Source: Macrostomum lignano
Taxonomy: Eukaryota
Direction: 5' to 3'
Length of the DNA stretch: 64,000 nt
Assembly: GCA_002269645.1 (NCBI GenBank)
Contig: NIVC01001759.1
Coordinates: 1-64,000 of the forward strand
Of this stretch, positions 11,780 through 23,200 are shown one piece after another (positions within the stretch are counted from its first letter, which is position 1; each line of letters begins with the position of its first letter). Below the pieces are notes generated by a model. It had not been told where the DNA came from and did no database searches. It worked only from the letters and a program-made list of their open reading frames with translations. A program made the position numbers and the translations under genes.

Positions 11780-12109
11780 TTACAAAGCCGCAGCGGTGGC
11801 GGCCGCCGCAGGCGACGGGCGCGACATAGAGGCCGCCAAATAAGCCGCCGTTACGTCGGCCGCCGTTGAAGCTTCGGCGACGGCAGCATCCGGGCCGCTG
11901 TCGCTGTCGGCATCGCCGGGCTCTTTCGGTACAGCATCGGCCGCCGCCGAGGCGGAGCTCGGGCCGCGAAAATAGGCGCTTAATTTAGCCAGCTCAAAGT
12001 TCTGCTCCCGCAGAACGGCTAAGTCGATGAAGCGGCTGGAGGCTGGGACACCACTGCTACTGTCGGCCTGGGAGAACTGCTGCTGCTGCTGCTGATCGAT
12101 GCTGCTGAA
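11780..12109 (-). CDS. Orphan terminal coding exon (109 aa), protein unidentified
   Basis: Minus-strand acceptor cccattcacAG (12110-12111), then phase-0 open frame FSSIDQQQQQQFSQADSSSGVPASSRFIDLAVLREQNFELAKLSAYFRGP...AAATAAAL to TAA (11780-11782). GC-rich island in AT-rich flanks. Confidence 0.6.
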   Translation of the reverse strand, partial: FSSIDQQQQQQFSQADSSSGVPASSRFIDLAVLREQNFELAKLSAYFRGPSSASAAADAVPKEPGDADSDSGPDAAVAEASTAADVTAAYLAASMSRPSPAAAATAAAL

Positions 12110-12169
12110 CTGTGAATGGGAATACGATTGATTGGAAGGGCGAATTCTCTCGGATCAATCAACCGCTTG

Positions 12170-13430
12170 GGTATGACCAAGGGCAGGGCACTGGGGTATG
12201 ACCAAGGGCAGGGCACTGGGGTATGACCAAGGGCAGGGCACTGGGGTATGACCAAGGGCAGGGCACTGGGGTATGACCATGGGGAAGGTATGACCATGGG
12301 GAAGGTATGACCATGGGGAAGGTATGACCATGGGGAAGGTATGACCATGGGGAAGGGCACTTGGGTATGACCATGGGGAAGGTATGACCATGGGGAAGGG
12401 CACTTGGGTATGACCATGGGGAAGGGCACTTGGGTATGACCATGGGGAAGGGCACTTGGGTATGACCATGGGGGAGGGCACTTGGGTATGACCATGGGGA
12501 AGGGCACTTGGGTATGACCATGGGGGAGGGCATATGACCATGGGGAAGGTATGACCATGGGGAAGGGCACTTGGGTATGACCAAGGGCAGGGCACTGGGG
12601 TATGACCAAGGGCAGGGCACTGGGGTATGACCATGGGGAAGGTATGACCATGGGGAAGGTATGACCATGGGGAAGGTATGACCATGGGGAAGGTATGACC
12701 ATGGGGAAGGGCACTTGGGTATGACCATGGGGAAGGTATGACCATGGGGAAGGGCACTTGGGTATGACCATGGGGAAGGGCACTTGGGTATGACCATGGG
12801 GAAGGGCACTTGGGTATGACCATGGGGGAGGGCACTTGGGTATGACCATGGGGAAGGGCACTTGGGTATGACCATGGGGGAGGGCATATGACCATGGGGA
12901 AGGTATGACCATGGGGAAGGGCACTTGGGTATGACCATGGGGAAGGTATGACCATGGGGAAGGGCACTTGGGTATGACCATGGGGAAGGGCACTTGGGTA
13001 TGACCATGGGGGAGGGCATATGACCATGGGGAAGGTATGACCATGGGGAAGGTATGACCATGGGGAAGGGCACTGGGGTATGACCATGGGGGAGGGCATA
13101 TGACCATGGGGAAGGGCACATGACCATAGGGAAGGGCAAATGACCATGGGGAAGGGCACATGACCATGAGGAAGGGCACATGACCATGGGGAAGGGCACA
13201 TGACCATGAGGAAGGGCACATGACCATGGGGAAGGGCACATGACCATAGGGAAGGGCAAATGACCATTGGAAGGGCACATGACCATGAGGAAGGGCACAT
13301 GACCATAGGGAAGGGCACATGACCATGGGGAAGGGCAAATGACCATGGGGAAGGGCACATGACCATGGGGAAGGGCACATGACCATGGGGAAGGGCACAA
13401 GGCCATGAGGGAGGGCACAGGGGGCATGGG
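12170..13430 (+). repeat. G-rich minisatellite with units of 17-26 nt around an ATGACCATGGGGAAGG core
   Basis: Unit type shifts along the array: 25-nt at the left, 17/26-nt in the middle, 20-nt at the right. Confidence 0.95.
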
Positions 13431-13739
13431 ACAGAGCTAGTTTGAGGTTTCAAATTCGATGTAATGTTTCAAGTTTATAAATGGTATAAGCGCAGGCTTG
13501 AAACTCACGTCGACTATAGCAGCGGAGTCGCTGCCTATGTGCCCAGTGTGCCGGAATCCCGTTGGTTCACCGATAGCACTGCGATCGATCAACCGTCTCT
13601 AGAATTGTCATGTATTGATTGAGAGGCCAGGGCTCAGTGTGCTTTTCTGCACATTTGGCTAAGGTAGCAAAATATTGGGAGTTCAGCTAGTTTAATCCTT
13701 TTCAGCTTATCTTATTTTATTGTCTGTTTACTAGAACAA

Positions 13740-14470
13740 TCCCCTCACTCTAATCCTTAACCCTTCACTCAATCCATATCTCCTCACTCTAATCCCTATT
13801 CCCTCACCCTGATCCATACTCGTCCGCACTAATCCCTATCCTTTCACTCTAATCTCTATCCAATCACTCTAATCCCTACCCCCTCACCCTGATCCATACT
13901 CCCCTGCACTAATCCCTATCCTTTCACTCTAATCTATATCCCCTCACTCTAATCCCTACCCCCTCACCCTGATCAATATTCCCCCACACTAATCCCTATC
14001 CTTTCACTCTAATCTCTATCCAATCACTCTAATCCCTACCCCCTCACCCTGATCCATACTCCCCTGCACTAATCCCTATCCTTTCACTCTAATCTCTATC
14101 CCCTCACTCTAATCCCTACCCCCTCACCCTGATCCATACTCCCCTGCACTAATCCCTATCCTTTCACTCTAATCTCTATCCCCTCACTCTAATCCCTACC
14201 CCCTCACCCTGATCAATATTCCCTCACACTAATCCCTATCCTTTCACTCTAATCTCTATCCAATCACTCTAATCCCTACCCCCTCACCCTGATCCATACT
14301 CCCCTGCACTAATCCCTATCCTTTCACTCTAATCTCTATCCCCTCACTCTAATCCCTACCCCCTCACCCTGATCAATATTCCCCCACACTAATCCCTATC
14401 CCTCACTCTAATCTCTATCCCCTCAGTCTGATCCCTATTCTCTCACTCTAATCCCTATCCCTGCACTTAC
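13740..14470 (+). repeat. 20-nt minisatellite with 80-nt higher-order repeat (CTAATCCCTATCCTTTCACT family)
   Basis: CCCTCACCCTGATCCATACT at 13801 and 13881. Confidence 0.95.
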
Positions 14471-14563
14471 CCCCTTGCCCTAATCTGAATCTCCCCACAC
14501 TAAAAATGGATTCATTAATTAAACCAGACCATCACTAACATGCTTGGGCACAACTTAGGGATT

Positions 14564-14685
14564 CACCCGGCTGTTTCTATTGGCAACACACACATTTAAG
14601 TTGCTATTGGATGGAATAGTAGTCACATGACTGCTCTCAGCCAATAGCGACTTACATGTGTGTTGCCAATAGAAACGGCTAGGTG
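14564..14685. mobile_element. 122-bp hairpin MITE-like element
   Basis: ~45-bp inverted arms (CACCCGGCTGTTTCTATTGGCAACACAC... / ...GTGTGTTGCCAATAGAAACGGCTAGGTG), flanked by ATT on both sides. Confidence 0.7.
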
Positions 14686-15967
14686 ATTCCCAAGGTTGCA
14701 CATGTATGATCACTAAATCACAAACATTCTTGTTATCTTTATAATCAACCATTTTCTCTGTAAACATTAACACTATGTAGTGATTAGGAATAAAGAGATT
14801 TTAACTAATTAGTCAAATTTATTTACTATAGATAGTACAAGGGAAAAATCAATGCAACACATTCTGTTTTAATATACCATACCTGGTTAGAAACATCATC
14901 TCTATTGCCAAAGCAGGAGAGAAAGTCAATTGTCAATAAGCGCCATCTGTTGGACATGTGGAAACTTCTTTAGTTTAATGTAGCCAACTTCTACTAACAG
15001 AAAAAGTTCAATAATGTATCATTGTAAAAGTATATAATATAGAAACAAACTGTTAGAGCATTTAACTATGCATTCTTATTTTTTATGACTAATCTATAAA
15101 CTAGAATATGCCTAAAAGGTTTGTAATAAAACTTGTACATATTTTCTTATATCACAGTCACAGGATTATACAATACAAATAGTATATTGAACAGCTATAA
15201 ATAAAAATATGATAATATATTCTATAGCAGATTCTACACAGATTCTATAATCTGTGTAATCTATGTCCCAAATAATAAATATTTATCAATATATCTAGCC
15301 AAAGTTAGCTCTTATTATTACACCTAGTCCTAAAATACTACAGCTATTTTTACACAAATTTCTTAGCGAAATCTAATTTTGAAGTCATAGGTAGGGCCTA
15401 TACTGCCAGTGGCAGCGCAGGGGGGGGGGGGCGGGGGGGGGGCGGGCTGCCCCCGGGTGACCACCCCTCACCACCCTCAGGGGGTGACCACCCACTTAAA
15501 AAAATTGGTACTTTACCATATTTTTTCAAAAGTGTGGTCACCCCATGGGGCATGGGGGTGGTCACCTGAGACCTCAGGGGGGTGGCCACCCGGTAGGGCC
15601 TGTAGGCTGTAAGGGTGGTCACCCTTTGAGGGCGAACCGCGAACTGGGCCTGGGCGATAATCAGGGTTTTTTTTTTGTGCGCAGAGTGTGCGTATGCACC
15701 CTAAATTTTAAAATCGCACCCTGAAATTAAAAAAGTAGGTGCGGTTTAGGTGCGGTCTTATAACCATTTTTCTTTAAAGGCTTAACCATGCTTAAGCTAT
15801 TTTTTATGCACTGCCTTAAAATATGAAACAAAATAACTCTTTAAATCCTATTAAGTCATATAGGCGATATAGCCTATAGCTATAGCCTTATGTAAGATAT
15901 TAAAATATACATTCCCAGTTGTCTGAAATGTGAGCAATGTGAGGGTTTCACGAGAGATATTCAGACA

Positions 15968-16339
15968 AAGGCTCCCTAAAACATGCCCCGCACCGGGCCC
16001 CGAACTGCTACACATTATAACATTTTTTGTCAATGCAGTATTTGATTGTAAGGAAAAGTTAAAATAGTAATGGAATAAATATCTTTATTTTTTTTTAAAA
16101 TATTATTATTTTTTATATTCTCGTTTTCATTATTAAATTATAATATTATTATTTTATTAATATTATTATTAATATCACTTATTGTTCACCGAATTTTATA
16201 TTTCAAAGTAAAAAAAACTAAATTTAATAAAAACTTGAAGCTTAACAGAAAACGCATTCTGAAGTGTCTTTAGTTATAGTCCAATTTGTTTTAATGTGTA
16301 GCGCTGCAGGGCGGTGCAGGGCGTGTTTTAGGGAGACCC
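15968..16339. mobile_element. 372-bp MITE with 9-bp TSD (Mutator-like) inserted in the left arm of layer 3
   Basis: TIRs ..GGCTCCCTAAAACATGCCCCGCACC / GGTGCAGGGCGTGTTTTAGGGAGACCC. TSD ATTCAGACA at 15959-15967 and 16340-16348. The right arm of layer 3 carries the empty site. Confidence 0.85.
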
Positions 16340-18569
16340 ATTCAGACAGACATTCAAAATGATTGTCTGTAACTTCAAACAAAATTGACCCGCTTCAACC
16401 ATCTTTTTGGCAAATACTTACGCAAGTGTTGGGTGTCAAATAAGCTTTAATTTATTAACTGAAGTAAAAATCCTTCTGACATACATTGATTTAAAAATTG
16501 CTTAGCAACACTAGCTCTGATTAGAAATCGCTTTACTGTTGACTAAAATTGTTTTGATTGTAGCAGCCTAAAAGCAGATACTGGATTTAAAGATGCTTCG
16601 ATTTACTCTATACGCATGTCTCAGCTTTAAAATGACACCTCAGGCGTCGCAAAAGACAGCTTTGATGCTGAGATATTCGACACTGAACATGCATTGCTTT
16701 GCGCAATCTCACATTCAGAAATTTCACAGATTTTTTGTCGATATTTGTGCAGTTGCCATGTCCTTGTTTTTCATCAGAATCTTGTCAAATTCTAGTCATG
16801 TCTATACACATGTCTCAGCTTTAAAATGACACCTCAGGCATTGCAAAAGACAGCTTTGATGCTGAGATATTCTACACTAAACATTGCTTTGCTCAAACTC
16901 ACATTCGGAAACTTCACTGATTTTTATTCAATATTTGTTCAGATGCTTGTCTACTTCTCCATTTATTAACCATCGCATGGAGCCTTGCTAACGTACAAGT
17001 GTATGTAGTTACAGTAAATGGGGTTTTTGTGACTCACTTAAACTTGTTTACGCATTCTACAGCTATTCGCCGCCTTTCATTGGAGTGATTCATGGAGTCC
17101 AGTTGATAAATTTCCACAAATTAGACTGCTTCTATGTCAGATCTCAACATTTGGAACCGTCCTTGAACTATTTCAGAGTTAAGTGAGCTAATGGCATCAA
17201 ATGGAAGGCTAGTGCTCGTACTTGTAAGCGAAGCAGGTTCACAATTGAAATGGTTGTATTCATGGCCATGGGATCTAAACTGATCTGTTTTACTTTCACG
17301 ATCGCTTTGGTCTCAGAAGGAGCAGCAGTTGATGGACTGAGGTGAGAAGAAGATGTGTCACGACTTGAGCTGTTTTTAGAAAATATCTTTATCCAATTAA
17401 ATATTTTCATGCGGCTCCTTAGGTTGTTCCGAATTCCGAGTCTACCCTAGTTGACAATCTTACAAACTGACTTGTCAGATCTGATTTCTCTTGAATAGTC
17501 TTATTAAATCTTCTCAGATCTGTTCAGAAAATGTAAGTGACAGATAAAAATCTATGATTAGTATGTTTTGTATGCAAACAATATTTTCCTGCTTTAAAAG
17601 TCGAAAAAGCTTTTATAATGTGATAATTTAATTCACTAATTCACAGTTTAGTTGATCTAACAGATTTCGCAAGGTGATAATGCAAGTTGCGATTACATAT
17701 GTATCGAAGGGAAAATTTATAATAGGTGAAAGGAGTACTGCACAGCAGAATTGTATTACATAGAAAATTTCAGCATGATGTGTTTCATTTTTACAGTTTA
17801 GTAATCTTAAACTGATATTCCTATGTACATGTGTACACATATGTAGTCATTTTTACACTGTCGTAAAATATTTGCTAAATGTATAAGAAACTATAAAAAC
17901 GTATTTGTACACTTAAGTAATATATAATAGTTGTATTTACTTATCTAAATGGGCAAATGGGCAAGTTTATAAATAAAAAATGTGCCCTGTTTGTTTTAAC
18001 TATGTTTTCTTTTAAATAAGCTTCTGCTGTATTTACTTTCGTAGATCGATTTATCGGATATTCATCTAGGCTTACAAATTTACCAACGCGTCTGCTAATT
18101 TGTAGGCCTAAGCCTATGAAAAGTTTTTTGCTACTTTCTATTTTAATTTTTCAGTAAATACTTTATTTGCAATGCAAGTGACAAGAGCAGCCATTAATGG
18201 CCCGAGTCCAGGAAATGAAGCTAAAGTCTTTGTGTCTTTGTACTGCATTCTGTGCTGTGGTAGCAGTACTAAGAATTTTTTACAAATCTCCAAGCTAACA
18301 GACACTCGATTTTCATCATGTTCTTTAGAAGCACGCCTGCGTTGAGATTTTGTAAGTATGGAGCTCTACATTGTTAATTAGAGAAAAAATGATGATAAGC
18401 ATTGGCCTAGCCCTAGCCTACCTAGCCTAAGCCAAGCCCTAGGCACATGATGAAGATGGCCACAGCTCTAAATATCTAAATAGATCATAGGCCTAGGTCT
18501 ATATATTTCCTCATTTCCTATTATTAGTATAATGGAGATAAGTAAGGGAGATAAGTACTAGGGCATATA

Positions 18570-20282
18570 TATATGGCGAAATCCAAAAACGTGGGATAAA
18601 ACGGTAAAACAAATCTGCGGACATTCGATGGAAAGTAATGTATCTAAAAAAGGTTTTTGAAAGATAGATAGGTCTTTAGAAAATAGTTCTGGATAAAAAC
18701 TATTGTTTTCATGCTTTATATTGTTGAATAAATAAGAAAAAACCACAAAAAAGCATTTTGAAAGTCCGAGTTGACCGATTTGCAATTTTTTGTTTCACTT
18801 TTTTTCATTATTAAACAATTAATTTTAAGACTTGTAGGCCTTAGAGAAGGCTAATTTTTTTACTACTTACAAAACAGAAAGTAATCTGTGTTTTACTTTT
18901 TATTCAATTCAAAAAGATGAAGTATTTCTAAGGATTTCAAAGTTTTTCTAAAACCATATAAACTCGCAAAAATTCATACTAATATAAAGTGCAAAGTTTG
19001 CCAGCAAACATCTTTTTCTAAAAGTAAATATATCGCTAATTCCTTGTTGCAAAATAATCTTTAAGTTGTTTTCTTTCATTTAAATATCAACTTGCATAGT
19101 ATTAGTATTTGTAATATGCCTATATTTAGACTTAAAAATTTTGGGTAAAAAATGGTACCACAAAATGTGAACCCGGCATCCAAATCAGATGCTTACTGTA
19201 TGCTCATTAAGCGACGAAGAACAATGAAATTACACTAAAACATGTATCATCGCGGCGTGTATGCAGGAAAAAAAGAATTTTCCAAATCGCTTCAGTAGAA
19301 GCTGAGTAAAATGCAATTTTCCAATCCTTATGGGAATTCCAATGTGTTACCCGGCTTCCAAATCAGATGCTTACTGTATGCTTATTAAGCGACGAAGAAC
19401 AATGAAATTACACTAAAACATGTATCATCGCGGCGTGTATGCAGGAAAAAAAGAATTTTCCAAATCGCTTCAGTAGAAGCTGAGTAAAATGCAATTTTCC
19501 AATCCTTATGGGAATTCCAATGTGTTACCCGGCTTCCAAATCAGATGCTTACTGTATGCTTATTAAGCGACGAAGAACAATGAAATTACACTAAAACATG
19601 TATCATCGCGGCGTGTATGCAGGAAAAAAAGAATTTTCCAAATCGCTTCAGTAGAAGCTGAGTAAAATGCAATTTTCCAATCCTTATGGGAATTCCAATG
19701 TGTTACCCGGCTTCCAAATCAGATGCTTACTGTATGCTTATTAAGCGACGAAGAACAATGAAATTACACTAAAACATGTATCATCGCGGCGTGTATGCAG
19801 GAAAAAAAGAATTTTCCAAATCGCTTTAGTAGAAGCTGAGTAAAATGCAATTTTCCGATCCTTACGGGAATTTGTATGTTTAAATAATAAACTTACGTTG
19901 AATACAATTTATTGCAAACGAACTCTATAAAATACACGTTGTCAAGAGTAACGAAAGTGATAAACAAATAAAACCTTAAAATAATGTTAAATATGTTGTA
20001 GAATTATAGAGTGTAACATTATAAGATAGTTAAAGTTAATAAAATACATTATTATAGCTTTTCAATCATTTTCATTAGACTCATTTTAGGTCGTAATTAA
20101 ACTTACCGTTTTAACAAATCATTTTATTAAAAATAAAGCTATACGAAAATAATTTGTGCTTTAATAGACTTTTTTACTTTTTAAAAACTTGAATAAATTT
20201 ATTTTATAGCTTTATTGCTTTCAAATTGCCAAAAAACGAATTTTCATAAAACTTGCCCCCGATTTTTGGATTTCCCCATATA
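18570..20282. mobile_element. Nest layer 5: TIR element in a (TA)n context
   Basis: TATATATGGCGAAATCCAAAAACGTGGG (~18568-18595) matches the reverse complement of CCCCCGATTTTTGGATTTCCCCATATATATA (~20256-20286). Exact ends are ambiguous within the TA run. Confidence 0.65.
19172..19870 (+). repeat. 178-bp tandem repeat, ~3.9 near-identical copies
   Basis: Unit start CCCGGC at 19172, 19350, 19528 and 19706. Confidence 0.95.
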
Positions 20283-23200
20283 TATAAAATGGAATTAGAT
20301 TAGGCCTAACCAAACAAAAACTTGAAAAAACAATTTTGTATTGTGAATAAAGTCTAAAAATCTGTTATTGCATGATATTTATATATTCAATTATAATTAA
20401 ACTTCATAATTTACATAATGATGGCACTGTGACTAGGGGGGGGGGGGCTAAGTTATGAATTAATATTAAAAAGTTGATAATACAGAGATTAAAAAATTCT
20501 ATGCTGTAGCCATCTTGGACTTGGTTTTACACCCTACATGTATCACTAAGCCATGTTGCCCTTCCATTGTCATTCTATCCTAGTTTGGTTTTCACATTTT
20601 TTTTCTAATTTTGACCTAGACCTAATTTTTTAAAAGTATTTGGGCTAAAAATATAGCAGTGAAGTATAATTTGCATATTTAAAAACATTAAGGCAAAACC
20701 TTTATGCTTTTTAATCATTGGGACAGATTTTAAACCAAATGTGTAGTGTATAAAGGCATTGTCCAGTGTCCAAGCCATTAATTCTTTTATACCCGCAGCC
20801 ACAGAGCCAACAAATCTGCTGTCAAGTTTGATTGATATGGTAAATCATCAGATTTTAGAAAGAAGCAAACAAATGCTTTCAAGAAATCATGCAAAATATT
20901 GATTTTAACCTACCTGCAACTTGAGTAAGTATTGTGCATATTTCTCTGAAAAGTACTAGTGTATTTCATTATCATTATTTCAATTATTGTATATGTATAC
21001 TCCACTTTATTTTTATTTCAAGATGCTTTTCGGGCTTGCTATGGACAGACACTGGAGAGCTACTTGGCTGTTGCTCAACCAAGCATCTAGATATTGTGCC
21101 AGGACAAGTGTCAAGAAGCACAGGTGTCAGCAGGCCAATCTGCCAATGGCCGCAGCAGATGGCACTATGAATGGTGCTTGACTTGGTGTGTCAGTTTTTA
21201 TAAAATTCTTCTTTAACTTCAAAGTTTCGGATTTGTTTGTTTTTTATGTAATGCACTTAAGACACAAAATTAAAAAAGTAAGGTAAAAAATTACAGTTGC
21301 TTTTAACTTTTTGATTGATTAATTAACTAATTGCAGGTAAAACTTGAAGGAATTTTAAAAGTTTCCTTCATAAAGATGTCAATTAAAACAATTTTTGCTG
21401 TTGGTTTTAGTGCTAAATAGTTAAATAGAAGTACTGGTATAATAGTGAGTTAAACATCTTTTAATTGTTATTAAATTGTTATGCAGTGCTTAAAAGACCT
21501 TGCTTTTTGGTTTAGTTGTGACTGCATTTGCAGATGAATTTTGTTTGCATGTTTCTTTGTGCCAATTTTTCTGTCCTAAATAAATTGCCAAAGTTGATTT
21601 TTGGTTTTCTAATGCCTACAGTCTGTCTTGAATATAATTAAATGACAATAATAAATGCTTTTTTCTAATAAATCCAACCTTATATTAAATTATTTATTGC
21701 TGTACATAAACACAAATATAAAGCTGTTTAAGCAATTAATTGTTTATATTCTTTTTCCTTTTATTAATATTCGAGAATCAAAGAACCAAAAATGCTGACC
21801 ATTGAATTCTGCATAGATAAACATATGCAAAATTTCCTGCGATTTCTTGCCAGATCTTACCCAACTCTTGTCAAATCTTACAGGATACCTTAAGTAAGAT
21901 CTTATAATTTCTTTGGAATTATTGAAGGAATTGGTAAGTCAGATTTTGTAAGATTTGGCAAGTCATTGTCAACTAGGGTAGAAGTCAAGACAGAAAAAAA
22001 GTTAAGAACTGCTACTGTAGTCCGTAGGGATTGGAAAGCTTAGCAGTACATTAGAAATCGCCTGTTCAATCTAAAAAGTTTGAAATACATATAGCTATTG
22101 GGTTGCAACAACAGTAGAAAAAATTCTTCCTTTTTATTTTATTCCCACCGCTTACCTCATTCCGATTTGGATAGCAGAATTGCCACGCAAAAAAAGTAAA
22201 AACATAACAATAAACTATTTGCTTCATATTAATTGCCACTGACTGTTAATAAACGCGACGTCAATTTCTCTCAATAACAGTTGGAACATGTTTCTTGTAC
22301 ACTCGTATATTTATTTGAACCGCAAAGCGGTGAAAAAGTCATGATTGGTTGCCATATGTACAAATGTACACTCACAGACTCACTGACTCAGGTACAATCT
22401 ATGCAATATAAAGGCAGGAATCATTAAAAATCAAATACTTAAGACAGTTTAAGAGAAGTCCAGGTTTAAACTGGACATGACTAGAATTTGACAAGTTTCT
22501 AATGAAAAACAAGGACACGGCAACTGCACAAATATCAACAAAAAATCAGTGAAATTTCTGAATGTGAGATTGCGCAAAGCAATGCATGTTTAGTGTCGAA
22601 TATCTCAGCATCAAAGCTGTCTTTTGAAATGCCTGAGGTGTCATTTTAAAGCTGAGACATGTGTATAGACATGACTAGAATTTGACAAGATTCTGATGAA
22701 AAACAAGGACATGGCAACTGCACAAATATCGACAAAAAATCTGTGAAATTTCTGAATGTGAGATTGCGCAAAGCAATGCATGTTTAGTGTCGAATATCTC
22801 AGCATCAAAGCTGTCTTTTGCGACGCCTGAGGTGTCATTTTAAAGCTGAGACATGCGTATAGAGTAAATCGAAGCATCTTTAAATCCAGTATCTGCTTTT
22901 AGGCTGCTACGATCAAAACAATTTTAGTCAATAGTAAAGCGATTTCTAATCAGAGCTAGTGTTGCTAAGCAATTTTTAAATCAATGTATGTCAGAAGGAT
23001 TTTTACTTCAGTTAATAAATTAAAGCTTATTTGACGCCCAACACTTGCGTAAGTATTTGCCAAAAAGATGGTTGAAGCGGGTCAATTTTGTTTAAAGTTA
23101 CAGACAATCGTTTCGAATGTCTGTCTGAATATCTCTCGTGAAACCCTCACATTCTAAACAAGACTCAAGAGAAATTGCACTCTGAGCCTTAAAATCGCAC

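Larger units (their letters stand above)
17445..21978. mobile_element. Nest layer 4: TA-flanked TIR element
   Basis: Perfect 18-bp inverted match TCTACCCTAGTTGACAAT (17441-17458) / ATTGTCAACTAGGGTAGA (21965-21982). Read as TA TSDs at 17443-17444 and 21979-21980, giving an empty site TCTAGA. Confidence 0.7.
15936..23153. mobile_element. Nest layer 3: long-TIR (foldback- or Sola-like) element
   Basis: Near-identical inverted arms of ~600-700 bp (15936-~16925 excluding an inserted MITE, and ~22470-23153). The identical 78-aa ORFs at 16593-16829 (+) and 22641-22877 (-) reflect this symmetry. No clean TSD. Confidence 0.8.

Noticed and set aside
12019-13453. Long ORFs over the 12-13.4, 29.1-30.0, 35.1-36.1, 41-44 and 51 kb arrays
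   Set aside because: Products are translations of simple repeats, open in several frames at once.
16593-22877. Duplicated 78-aa ORF (16593-16829 + and 22641-22877 -) as a gene pair
   Set aside because: It lies within the inverted arms of the layer-3 transposon; the identity reflects TIR symmetry.
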